Shown here: positions 28,055 to 37,203 of the stretch, in pieces
Position numbering within the stretch: position 1 is the first letter of the stretch
How the letters are laid out: the number at the start of each line of letters is the position of its first letter
Source: Nodosilinea sp.
GTDB taxonomy: Bacteria > Cyanobacteriota > Cyanobacteriia > Phormidesmidales > Phormidesmidaceae
NCBI GenBank assembly: GCA_049646445.1
Contig: JBARVV010000042.1
Coordinates: 11,368 to 75,367 of the forward strand
Reading direction: 5' to 3'
DNA length: 64,000 nt
The notes under the pieces: generated by a model
Database searches by the model: none
What the model was told of the DNA's origin: nothing
What the model saw: the letters and a program-made list of their open reading frames with translations, nothing else
Made by a program: the position numbers and the translations under genes

Positions 28055-30547
28055 CTAGAGCTCGTACCAGGGTTTGCGCTTCTTAGTCGATGGTTTCCCC
28101 CGCCCTGGCGGCGGCGGCAGGAAGAAGGGTGGAAAATCATCCTCTTCCTCGTCATCAAAATCATCGTCAAAGGGGTTAGCGCCTCCGCCCGTTTGGGCGA
28201 TCAGTTCCGGCAGCATCTGAGCGATCAGCTCGGGGGGCACGGTTTCGCCAAGGCTCTCCTGGGCCATCCGCTGGATGATGTCAATCATATTGATCGGGCC
28301 TAGATTGCCCACCGATCCCATTTGGCTACCCACCGCTCGGCGGGTCATCTCCTGGGCCTTAAACCACTCTTCTTCGCGACAGGCTTGCAGGGCGGCCGCA
28401 TCTTGCAGGCGGCGGGCAATCTCAAAGCTCTGGTCATAGAGCTCTTGGTACGCTTGGGAATGGCGGGGATGCAGCGTCGCTTTAGCCAGCAGCAGCAGGG
28501 GATTTTGGGGCTCCTGGCGGAGCTGCGCTTCGATCAGAGGTGCAAAGGCCCGGTTGGGGCCAAACCAGCTGAGCTGCAGCTGAGCCTGGGCCAGCAGATG
28601 CCCCGGCTGGGGCGATCGCCGCAGTGCTCCGGTGACGGCAGATTCAAAGCGTTCGGCAGATAGGCTCTTCAGGGGCAGCAGCGTCAGGTGAGCCAGGTTG
28701 GCCTCGGGGGCGGTGCCAATCAGATCAACGATCTGTTGAGCATAGCGATTTTGCTGGGCTACGATGCCCTTTTGGTTGCGCCGGGCGTGGTGCTGAATGA
28801 TCAGATAGATGGCTTTCAGGATCTCGACTTGCTCGCTGGGAGAGTGCGATCGCAGCAGTTCATCCCACTTCGGCACGGCGGCTTCCAGGTCAAGGCTAAT
28901 TTTCTGACTACTGCTGGGGGCATCCTGGGCTGAGTCTAGAAAGATTTGCAGCGCTTTGAGCGGTGGCGTCGGCGTTGTGTGGTCGGTTACAAAGTCTGCC
29001 ATCACCCCATAGTGTTGAAAGCTAAGGGCCTCTACCCATTCGGGGATCTCGACCTCAGTATCTACGCCGGTATCGCCGAAGTGCTTACCAAACTTGCGCC
29101 GCACCGATTTCAGCGTCGCTTTGTCCCCCTCCAGACATTTGGTCAGCGCCATATAGACCTCCTCATACCGGCACCCTGCCTCCAGAGCCTGGGTGAGCAG
29201 CGGTATGGCCTCTTGCTTTTTACGGTCGGCAAACAACTGCATCCCCTTGCGGCCAATCACCTCGGGGTGATCAGGGGCCAACTGCTCGGCCTTGCGCACG
29301 CTCCGGTCGGCATCGCGAGCGCGGCCCAAGCCCATCTGGTGATCCGCTAGCCAGCAGTACAGCTTCGCCTCGGTGGCATTTAAACGCTGCTTAGGCCAAG
29401 CTTGCTGGTCACGCGTAGCGGCTTTTTTCACCCAGTTCAGCAGCTGGTTGACCAATTGCTGAGCCGCCCGCAAATCTCGGGTCATCGACAGCACCGGGTA
29501 AAGCTGTACCGCCAGCTGGGGGTCAAACTCGGGCTGGTCTACGACCCCGCCCCAAAAGGAGGCCGTACAGCCCAGCTCTTGTTCCTGCAAGGCCTGCTGT
29601 CCCGCCAAGAGCATCAGGGGCCGATAGAGCGTTTTTAGCTCTGAGTAGTCCCTCATCACCTCTTTAGGAAAATCGAGGACGACGTGGGCCGCGTCGTGAA
29701 AATTGTCTTCCCGCAGATGGTATAGCAGTTCTAGAACCCAGGCCGCACTGCGGTGAGGCAGGTTCGGCTGGTCGAGATCACACACGTCGTCTATGCGGCG
29801 ACCGCTATGGCTGGCCAGGGCCAGGCGTAACGGCTGAACGGCAGGATGTTTAGGCCCCATGGCTTGAAAAGCTAGGCCACCGAAGGCGGGTGAGGGTATA
29901 CCCAGCAGGCGTCTGGCCCTGGGCCAATCTTCCAGCATTCGGTAAGCGTAGGCTTGCCAAACCAGCAAACTGTCACCAGGGCTAGCCAGTCGGCCCATCT
30001 TTTTGAAGTGCGTCAGGGCCGCGTTTGGGTCGCTGGCCTGCAGGGCCAAAGCCCCCCTAGCCCAGTGAAGGTGGGGGGCATAAAACCGCTTGGCCTGGCT
30101 TTTAACCAAGTTCTCCACCTGCTCAACCTGGTGATTAAGCAACAGCAGCTTTAGGTAGCAGCCCCCCAAATCCTTAGGCAGCGTTTTGCTATCAAAGGCA
30201 GACTTAAATAGATCCAGGGCTTCAGCCGCTTTATTTTGAGCCAGGTAGCATTTGGCCAACCAGTAGTAGGCATCTTCCTGCGGATCTAGGGCCAGCGCTT
30301 GGCCAAAGGAATTCTCGGCTTTGGTATACCGGGCGCGCTCATACTCGTACTGGCCTTGCTGTAGCCAGATATCGGCCTCAGTAATGCTGACAACCTGGTC
30401 AGGATCTCGCTTTTGAGCCTGCTGGAGCTTCCGTAGCGCTTGGGAATATCGGTTTTGCGCTATTAAGCCCTGCAGCTGCTTTTCTAAAGCTGGGCTAGCT
30501 GCTGTTTGAGAATTTTGCTGGCTGCCTACGCGCTTAGCCATGATCAA
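28055..30547 (-). CDS. Large all-helical TPR-like repeat protein (830 aa) with an acidic then basic C-terminal tail
   Basis: N-terminal TPR-like repeats (e.g. AENSFGQALALDPQEDAYYWLAKCYLAQNKAAEALDLF) and the tail FDDDFDDEEEDDFPPFFLPPPPGRGKPSTKKRKPWYEL. It is the first gene of the Hsp70 cluster. Confidence 0.7.
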   Translation of the reverse strand: MIMAKRVGSQQNSQTAASPALEKQLQGLIAQNRYSQALRKLQQAQKRDPDQVVSITEADIWLQQGQYEYERARYTKAENSFGQALALDPQEDAYYWLAKCYLAQNKAAEALDLFKSAFDSKTLPKDLGGCYLKLLLLNHQVEQVENLVKSQAKRFYAPHLHWARGALALQASDPNAALTHFKKMGRLASPGDSLLVWQAYAYRMLEDWPRARRLLGIPSPAFGGLAFQAMGPKHPAVQPLRLALASHSGRRIDDVCDLDQPNLPHRSAAWVLELLYHLREDNFHDAAHVVLDFPKEVMRDYSELKTLYRPLMLLAGQQALQEQELGCTASFWGGVVDQPEFDPQLAVQLYPVLSMTRDLRAAQQLVNQLLNWVKKAATRDQQAWPKQRLNATEAKLYCWLADHQMGLGRARDADRSVRKAEQLAPDHPEVIGRKGMQLFADRKKQEAIPLLTQALEAGCRYEEVYMALTKCLEGDKATLKSVRRKFGKHFGDTGVDTEVEIPEWVEALSFQHYGVMADFVTDHTTPTPPLKALQIFLDSAQDAPSSSQKISLDLEAAVPKWDELLRSHSPSEQVEILKAIYLIIQHHARRNQKGIVAQQNRYAQQIVDLIGTAPEANLAHLTLLPLKSLSAERFESAVTGALRRSPQPGHLLAQAQLQLSWFGPNRAFAPLIEAQLRQEPQNPLLLLAKATLHPRHSQAYQELYDQSFEIARRLQDAAALQACREEEWFKAQEMTRRAVGSQMGSVGNLGPINMIDIIQRMAQESLGETVPPELIAQMLPELIAQTGGGANPFDDDFDDEEEDDFPPFFLPPPPGRGKPSTKKRKPWYEL

Positions 30548-30892
30548 CGCCTCTTAGCATGCACAACTACACAAATAACATTTTCTGAGCTGTCGCTGCT
30601 GGGAGCTGGCTGAGACAGCGGTATCGGGTTGTGTCCGTTGAACCGAAGCAGACCGCATTCCGAGTGGATGCGGTATTTCTGCCGCCTAGGAATAGACCGC
30701 TGCGCCGGTTTGGTTTCTAGCCGTTCAGTTTTGGCGAAACGGCCTGTTGTACTGGTCTATTGTATCGGCCTGCTCAACGATGAGCGGCGGCTGATTGTTT
30801 ACCTGGTGGAGCCACCCGTTGAGCGCTATTACTACGCATCTGGCTTATGATTTGCCAACCTGCGAAATGCAGGATCGCAAGGGTCTGATTTT

Positions 30893-33800
30893 CTAGGCCA
30901 GCAGCATGAGGGGGTTGTCTCTACCGCTGAGAAAGCAGGTCTCAATGTCAGCCGCTGGCAGGGGTTTAGAGAATAAATAGCCCTGCCCCAGTTCGCAGTT
31001 GAGCTGCTGCAGTCGCGCCAGCTGGGGCTGGGTTTCGATACCCTCGGCGGTGACGGTCAAGCCCAGCTGCTGGCCCAGGGTAATAATGGTATCGACGACT
31101 TTGTATTTGGAGGTCAAGACTTGAATTTGGTTGGTAAACGATCGATCGATTTTGAGGTCGTTGACCAAAAACCGGTGCAGGTAGCCCAGGGAGGAATAGC
31201 CGGTGCCAAAGTCGTCGATGCTGATCTGAATCTGCCGCGATCGCAGGGCTTCCACTAGGTCAATGGCGGTTTCGGCATTGTCCATAATGGCGCTTTCGGT
31301 AATTTCTAGCTTGAGCCGGGCGGGGTTGATGCCGGTGGCGGCCAGAATCTGGTCAATATCGTCGAGCAGGGTGGGGCAGGCAAACTGCCGCACCGACAGG
31401 TTGACGCTCATGGTTAGATCGCTCCAGCCCTTCTGCTGCCAGCGGTGCAGCTGTTGACAGGCCAGCTTGAGAATTAGCAGGCCCACCGGCACCACCAGCC
31501 CGGTGGTTTCCATCAGGGGAATAAACTCGCCGGGGGAGACCAGACCCCGGCTGGGGTGCTGCCAGCGCACCAGCGCCTCAAAACCCACAACTTTAAGGGT
31601 TTTGAGGTGGACAATGGGCTGGTAGTACACCACAAATTCCTGGCGTTCGAGGGCGCGCTTGAGGTCATTTTCGAGGGCCAGGCGATCCACCATGGTTTGG
31701 TGCATTTCCGGGTCAAAAAATTGATAGCTGCCGGCCCCCTGCTGCTTGGCTCGGTACATGGCAACGCCAGCATCCTGGAGGAACTGCTCGGGGCAGGAGT
31801 AGTCGCTGTGGCCGAGGACAATCCCTAGACAGGCGGTGATAAAAATATCCAGCCCTGACGCGGTAAAGGGGGCCTTGAAGCTGTCTAAAATGGTTTGGAT
31901 CAGCGATTCGATGCGCTCTATATCGCTGGTTTGGCGCAGCAAAATGCAGAACTCGTTGCCCCCCAGGCAGGCCAGCAGCCCGTCGCTGGGCACCAGCTGC
32001 TGGAGCCGCTCTGCGATCGCCCTGAGCAGCTGATTGCTAAGGGCATAGCCAAAGGAACCGTTGATCAGCTTGAACTGGTCGCAGTCGAGGTAGATCACCG
32101 CAAGGGCCGAACGTTCACCCTGAAGCAGTCCGGTCAGAGTCTGGATCAGGGCGGCCCGGCTGGGCAGCTGAGTCAAGGCATCTTGGGAAATGATCGTCTG
32201 GAGCTGGGCCGTACGCTCTAGCACCTTGGCTTCAAGCTGGGCGTTAAAGGTTTCTAGCTGCCGGTACTGATCCCGCAGCAGCAGCATCGATTGCACCCTG
32301 GCGATCAGCTCTAGCCGGTTGATCGGCTTGCTAATAAAGTCGTTGGCCCCGGCGCTAAAGCAGCGGGCGAGGTCCTGTTTTTCGCTCAGGGCCGTCACCA
32401 TAATGACGGGCAGGGTGGCCCAGGTGGGCGAAGATTTGATCTGGCGGCAAACCTCAAACCCGTCGAGGCCGGGCATCATGACATCGAGCAAAACTAGGTC
32501 GGGTTCTAGGGAGTCTAGGGCAGCGATCGCCGATTCCCCCGTGCTGACGTAGTGCAGTTGATAACCCTGGACGTCGAGCAGAGTTTCGATCACATCAAAG
32601 TTATTGGGGTCGTCGTCAATGATCAAAATAGAGGGTGGCATGGGTTTATGGGTGAGTGAGGGGGTAGATGGCGCAAGGGGGGTGAGCAGGTGCTGAATGG
32701 CCGTAGCCAGCTGACTGAGCTTCAGCGGTTTGTCCAGGTGGTGGCTAGCCCCGGCTGTCAGGCAGCGATTGCGATCGATCGCCGCACTGCCTTCGGTGAG
32801 CGCAAGAATTGGGCGATCTACCAGGTGCGGGATGTCGCGGATACGGCGAATCGCCTCCAGGCCATCTAGCCCCGGCAGCGGCATATCGATCACGATCTGA
32901 TCGGGATTTTCGGCCTGGGCCAGAGCGATGGCTGCTTCGCCCCGGCGGGCGACCAGCAGGCGGTAGCCCTTAGCGGTTAAGTAGTTGACCACGGTGCTAA
33001 TCGTGTCCTCCTGGTCGCTCGCCAGCAGAATCAGGGGTGATAGCTGGGGCTGGGCGGCGGTCGGGGGGATACCCGTCGCGGCGGCATGCAGGTTGGCTGG
33101 TCGTAGTCCGGCCCCCAGGTCGTAGGGCAGGTCGATGGTAAAACAGCTGCCGCCCCCGACCTCACTGGTCAACCCCACCTGGCCACCGTGCAGCTCGGTG
33201 ATTTGCTTCACCAGGGTGAGGCCCAGCCCCGTGCCCTGGTACTGGCGGTTGAGGGCGCTGTCGATCTGAATGAAGGGTTGAAACAACGTTTGCCGGTCGT
33301 CGGGTGCAATACCAATGCCCGTGTCGCTAATGGTAAAGCGCATCATAGGCTGGGTTTCGTCGCCGGTTTGGCCCAGCTTCGGCGCGACCGTCAGGCTGAT
33401 ACGGCCCCCCTCGGGGGTAAATTTGACCGCGTTGGTGAGCAGGTTGATCAAAACCTGGCGGATGCGGCGCTCATCGATCACCAGGTCAGGCAGGTTGGGA
33501 AAAATGCAGTCCAGGAGCTGAATACGTTTTTTGTCGGCCTGATGCTGCACAAAGGTAAGGCTCGACTGGCACAGGGGCGCGATCGCCGTAGGAGTCAGGT
33601 GCAGGGAAATCTGGCCCGACTCAATTTTGGCCACATCGAGAATATCGTTGATCAGCGCCAGCAGGTGGGAGGCGCTGGTTTCTACGGTGGTGAGAGCCTT
33701 GAGCTGGCGATCGTTGATCGCACCAAACACCTGCTCTTGCAGCCCCTCGGTCATGCCCAAAATGGCGTTGAGCGGCGTGCGGAGTTCGTGGCTCATGTTG

Positions 33801-36781
33801 GCGAGAAACTCGTCCTTGAGGCGGGTAGCGCGGAGCAACTCGGCGTTGGTTTGCCGCAGTTTTTCCTCCGCGCACTTGCGATCGGTGATGTCTGCCAGGT
33901 AGCCAATAATTTCCTGGGGCTGGCCGCAGCTGTCGTAGGCGACGCGGGCCTCATCCTGCAGCCACAGGTAATGGCCATCTCGGTGCCGAAAGCGGAACTC
34001 CGTAGTGTAGAAGCCGTGCTCGAACATGGCGGGTATGCCCGCCCAAGCACTGTCAGCTTCGTCAGGATGGTAATACTCGCGCCAGTCGGTAAAGTTGGCG
34101 ATAAACGCCTCTGACTCGTAGCCGAGGATTTCCGCCAGGTTTTGGCTGATAAACGTAGGCCGGTAGCTGCCGGTGGGTTCAACGCTGTAGATAATGGCGG
34201 GGCTGGAGTCGAGCAAAAAGCCCAGGCGATCGCGCAGGCGCTGGTTTTCGGCTTCGATTCGCTGGCGATCGCTGACATCGCGAAAAATGCCCTGCACCAC
34301 TCGGGTCGTCCCCAGGGTGATGGTCGTCGCGGTAATATCTACCGGAATCCGGCGGCCATCGGCGTGCAGAATGGGGACGTTTAAGGCCTGAAAATGGGGG
34401 GAAGCAATCGACTCCTGAAAGAGGGCAATCAGCTCTGCATCGTGTTCTGGCGGATGCAGCTGGGATTGGTGCATCTGGGTTAGCTGATCGCGACAGTGGC
34501 CAAACAACTCCTCCGCCCGGCGATTCACTTCCAGAATATAGCCCTCCATATCGGCCACCAGAATGGCATCACTGGCTCCCTCCATCAGGCCCCGATAGCG
34601 GGCTTCGCGTTCCTTCAGGGCAGCAGTACGCTCCGCCACCTGCCGCTCCAACGACTGGTTGAGTTCCTGGAGCTGACGTTCGGCCCGGTCGCGTTCCCAT
34701 CGGGCCGCTTTCTGATCGCTGATGTCTCGCACTAGGGCCAGCACCTCATCGCCTCGGTAGGGCACCACCCGCACTTCTTCAATCTGCATTCTCTCTGCCG
34801 TAGACAGATCTTGCTCATAAAACTGGATGGTTTGAGTGGCCAGGGCCAGGGCGATCGCATCGAGCCGCTGCTGGGCCGCAACCGGGGGTAACGATTCGCT
34901 CACGTGGGTGCCGACCAACTCTGTCAGTTTGCCGACCATATTAAATGTGGGGCTAGCGACAAACTCCAGGTAGATGCCATCTTTGCTCAACCGCACCAGC
35001 AGATCGGGCAGGGCCTCGATCAGCGCCCGCTGGTGGGCTTCGCTCTGCTGAAGTGCCAGCTCGGTGCGCTGGCGTTCGGCTTCGCTGCGCTTACGCTCGC
35101 TGATGTCGCGAATCAAAAACAGCACCTCATCGTCGCCGCACCGCACCGCCCGCAGCTCTTCGTCTTGGACGCGATCGCCGATCACAAGCTGCTGCTCGTA
35201 GGTTTGCACCTCGTGGGTGGCTAGGGCCTGGTGGATGGCCTGCATCTTGCGCTCAGCCACCTCGGCGGGCAGCACCTCGGCCACGTAGCGGCCAACCCGG
35301 CTCTGGGAGGGGGAAACAATATCTAAGGGGTGGTTTTGGCTCAGCACTTCGCGGTACTTGCCATCGGCCCCCACTCGAATTAGCAGATCGGGCATAACCG
35401 AGAGTATGGCCCAGCTGTGGGCTTCCCGCTGGGCCAGCAGGCGCTCGGCCTGGAGCCGATCTTGGGCCGAGGCAATGGTCTGGGCCAGCACCTGCAACGT
35501 CTGCTGGATACTGTCATCCCACTGGGTGGCGCGATCGCGGGTGAGAAACCCCACGCAGCCCACCACGCGAGTTTTTTGAATCAGGGGCACCGCCAGCACC
35601 GCCCCGACCTTAAACCGTTGCCAACTGGCGCGATCGGTGGCGCAGTCGGCGGGCAAATCACCCACCTGGGCCACGTTGATCACCTCCCGCCGCCGCAGCG
35701 CCGCCGTAGCCCAGGGAAAGGCCGCTGCGGGCATGGTATCGGGCGGCTGGCGATCGGTAATGCAGCCGGGGGGGTGCCACTGGTGGGTGATTTGCATAGT
35801 GCCCGCCTCGGCGGCATCGGCGGCAGCCAGGGCCACCACATGGCCCTGGTCGGCCTGAATATAGGCCCCAATTTCTCCCAGGGCGCGGGTTACCTCGGCG
35901 TCAAACCGGGCGGCCCTCACCTCCACGAAGCGTTGGGTCACGGTCATCATTAGGTGGTTGAGGTCGCGCTGGCGGGTTGCGGTCAGCTCGGCCTGTTTGC
36001 GGTCGGTCACCTCTAGCACCATGCCAAACCACTGCACATCGCCGTTGGGCAGCTGCTCAGGCTGGCTGCGGACTTGAACCCATTTAGTCTGGCCCGAGGG
36101 GGTAACGATGCGCCCTTCGTAGTGCAGGGGGGTGAGGGCGATCGCACTGTGGGCAATGGCCTCATCGACCCCCAATCTGTCTTCCGGGTGCAGTAGGGCG
36201 GCGATGGCGCTAATGTCGGCCAGGGCAAGCTCAGCGGGAACCTCAAAGAGGCTGGCTCCGGTGTGGCTTAAATAGGTCAGCGCGCGATCGCCATTGACCC
36301 GCAAAACAGCCGTAAACAGGGTGCCCGGCTGGGTCTCCACCAGCTTTTGAAACCGGGCCTCGCTCAGCTGTAGAGCCTGGTCTGCCCGCTGGCGATCGCG
36401 CCGATTTTGGGCCTCCCGCAGCTCCCGACGCACCGCCTCTGGCAGGCGAGCCAGGTTGTCTTTCATAATGTAGTCCTGGGCACCGGCCTTCATCAGGGCC
36501 ACGGCCTGCTGCTCGCCAATCACGCCAGAGACCACAATAAAAGGCAGATCTAGCCCCTGCTCGCGCACAATGGCCAGCGCCGTTGGGGCATCGAACCCCG
36601 GCAGGTTGTGGTCAGCAATAATCGCATCCCAGCGGCGCGTCGAGAGCATATGGCCTAGGGCAGCGGCGGTTTGCACCCGCTCCCAGGTTGCCGCTAGGCC
36701 ATCCCGACGCAGCGTCTCAGCGATTAGCAAAGCGTCGTCTTCGCTATCGTCAACAATTAAAACCGTTAAGACTTCAGCCAT
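30893..36781 (-). CDS. Giant multidomain signalling protein: REC-PAS-GAF-PAS(x4)-HisKA-HATPase-REC-REC-GGDEF(degenerate GGNEF)-EAL
   Basis: Contains VLIVDDSEDD..IIADHNLPG, the H-box FLANMSHELRTPLN, NLLTNAVKFTP/DTGIGI/GTGLGL, two REC domains (IDMPLPGLDG; LLDVMMPGLDG), LGGNEFCILL, and EAL-domain motifs FEALVRW and DDFGTGYSSL. Confidence 0.9.
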   Translation of the reverse strand: MAEVLTVLIVDDSEDDALLIAETLRRDGLAATWERVQTAAALGHMLSTRRWDAIIADHNLPGFDAPTALAIVREQGLDLPFIVVSGVIGEQQAVALMKAGAQDYIMKDNLARLPEAVRRELREAQNRRDRQRADQALQLSEARFQKLVETQPGTLFTAVLRVNGDRALTYLSHTGASLFEVPAELALADISAIAALLHPEDRLGVDEAIAHSAIALTPLHYEGRIVTPSGQTKWVQVRSQPEQLPNGDVQWFGMVLEVTDRKQAELTATRQRDLNHLMMTVTQRFVEVRAARFDAEVTRALGEIGAYIQADQGHVVALAAADAAEAGTMQITHQWHPPGCITDRQPPDTMPAAAFPWATAALRRREVINVAQVGDLPADCATDRASWQRFKVGAVLAVPLIQKTRVVGCVGFLTRDRATQWDDSIQQTLQVLAQTIASAQDRLQAERLLAQREAHSWAILSVMPDLLIRVGADGKYREVLSQNHPLDIVSPSQSRVGRYVAEVLPAEVAERKMQAIHQALATHEVQTYEQQLVIGDRVQDEELRAVRCGDDEVLFLIRDISERKRSEAERQRTELALQQSEAHQRALIEALPDLLVRLSKDGIYLEFVASPTFNMVGKLTELVGTHVSESLPPVAAQQRLDAIALALATQTIQFYEQDLSTAERMQIEEVRVVPYRGDEVLALVRDISDQKAARWERDRAERQLQELNQSLERQVAERTAALKEREARYRGLMEGASDAILVADMEGYILEVNRRAEELFGHCRDQLTQMHQSQLHPPEHDAELIALFQESIASPHFQALNVPILHADGRRIPVDITATTITLGTTRVVQGIFRDVSDRQRIEAENQRLRDRLGFLLDSSPAIIYSVEPTGSYRPTFISQNLAEILGYESEAFIANFTDWREYYHPDEADSAWAGIPAMFEHGFYTTEFRFRHRDGHYLWLQDEARVAYDSCGQPQEIIGYLADITDRKCAEEKLRQTNAELLRATRLKDEFLANMSHELRTPLNAILGMTEGLQEQVFGAINDRQLKALTTVETSASHLLALINDILDVAKIESGQISLHLTPTAIAPLCQSSLTFVQHQADKKRIQLLDCIFPNLPDLVIDERRIRQVLINLLTNAVKFTPEGGRISLTVAPKLGQTGDETQPMMRFTISDTGIGIAPDDRQTLFQPFIQIDSALNRQYQGTGLGLTLVKQITELHGGQVGLTSEVGGGSCFTIDLPYDLGAGLRPANLHAAATGIPPTAAQPQLSPLILLASDQEDTISTVVNYLTAKGYRLLVARRGEAAIALAQAENPDQIVIDMPLPGLDGLEAIRRIRDIPHLVDRPILALTEGSAAIDRNRCLTAGASHHLDKPLKLSQLATAIQHLLTPLAPSTPSLTHKPMPPSILIIDDDPNNFDVIETLLDVQGYQLHYVSTGESAIAALDSLEPDLVLLDVMMPGLDGFEVCRQIKSSPTWATLPVIMVTALSEKQDLARCFSAGANDFISKPINRLELIARVQSMLLLRDQYRQLETFNAQLEAKVLERTAQLQTIISQDALTQLPSRAALIQTLTGLLQGERSALAVIYLDCDQFKLINGSFGYALSNQLLRAIAERLQQLVPSDGLLACLGGNEFCILLRQTSDIERIESLIQTILDSFKAPFTASGLDIFITACLGIVLGHSDYSCPEQFLQDAGVAMYRAKQQGAGSYQFFDPEMHQTMVDRLALENDLKRALERQEFVVYYQPIVHLKTLKVVGFEALVRWQHPSRGLVSPGEFIPLMETTGLVVPVGLLILKLACQQLHRWQQKGWSDLTMSVNLSVRQFACPTLLDDIDQILAATGINPARLKLEITESAIMDNAETAIDLVEALRSRQIQISIDDFGTGYSSLGYLHRFLVNDLKIDRSFTNQIQVLTSKYKVVDTIITLGQQLGLTVTAEGIETQPQLARLQQLNCELGQGYLFSKPLPAADIETCFLSGRDNPLMLLA

Positions 36782-36974
36782 CTGGTCTCTACAACGCTCG
36801 AAGACAAATCCACCTGGGGCGGTAAGCGGGTTGCCCGCACCTGGCCATAGAGTACCCGCCCCCAGCTCGCAACCCTTGCAGGTCAGTGAAATTGTGGCGA
36901 TGGGGTGCGGATGCGGCCCTATCTATGACCTTGCCAACGACCTTGCCAACGACGGTTGAGGCTGTCGGTCTCAA

Positions 36975-37160
36975 CCACAGCAGCTGTTGCAGACGTTCGG
37001 CGATCGCCAGGAGTAGCTGATTGCCAACCCCATGGCCAAAGGCACTGTTGACCAGCTTGAACTGATCGCGGTTTAAATAGACCACTGGCATTTAACTTGA
37101 GACTGGCAACGGGCTTGCTGATAAAATCATCGGCTCCAGCGGCAGCAGCGCGCTGGTTTT
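36975..37160 (-). pseudogene. Relic of a REC-GGDEF gene (REC C-terminus and GGDEF N-terminus in different frames, linker deleted)
   Basis: On the minus strand, ..AAAGADDFISKPVA.. corresponds to CFSAGANDFISKPINR of the neighbouring gene, and VVYLNRDQFKLVNSAFGHGVGNQLLLAIAERLQQL corresponds to VIYLDCDQFKLINGSFGYALSNQLLRAIAERLQQL. Confidence 0.6.
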
Positions 37161-37203
37161 GGGAAAACTAAACTGAGGTATAGATGTCCTAGAACCAGCT
37201 TGT

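Noticed and set aside
30629-30850. 73-aa plus-strand ORF and several short hairpins in the 345-bp gap upstream of the TPR gene
   Set aside because: The ORF has no motif, and the hairpins have stems of only 6-7 bp. This is more likely the 5' UTR and promoter of the Hsp70 operon plus the terminator region of the upstream gene.
33188-34114. 308-aa ORF on the plus strand inside the 1962-aa signalling gene
   Set aside because: It is antisense to a gene with unmistakable HisKA/HATPase motifs. Its product is low-complexity and Arg/Gly/Ala/Leu-rich, as expected for antisense frames in GC-rich DNA, and it has no recognisable motif.
36789-36974. The remainder of the 100-aa ORF 36789-37091 beyond the GGDEF-like segment
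   Set aside because: Similarity to GGDEF domains stops after ~38 codons, and the rest is an arbitrary read-through of the promoter region. I annotated only the homologous part, as a pseudogene.
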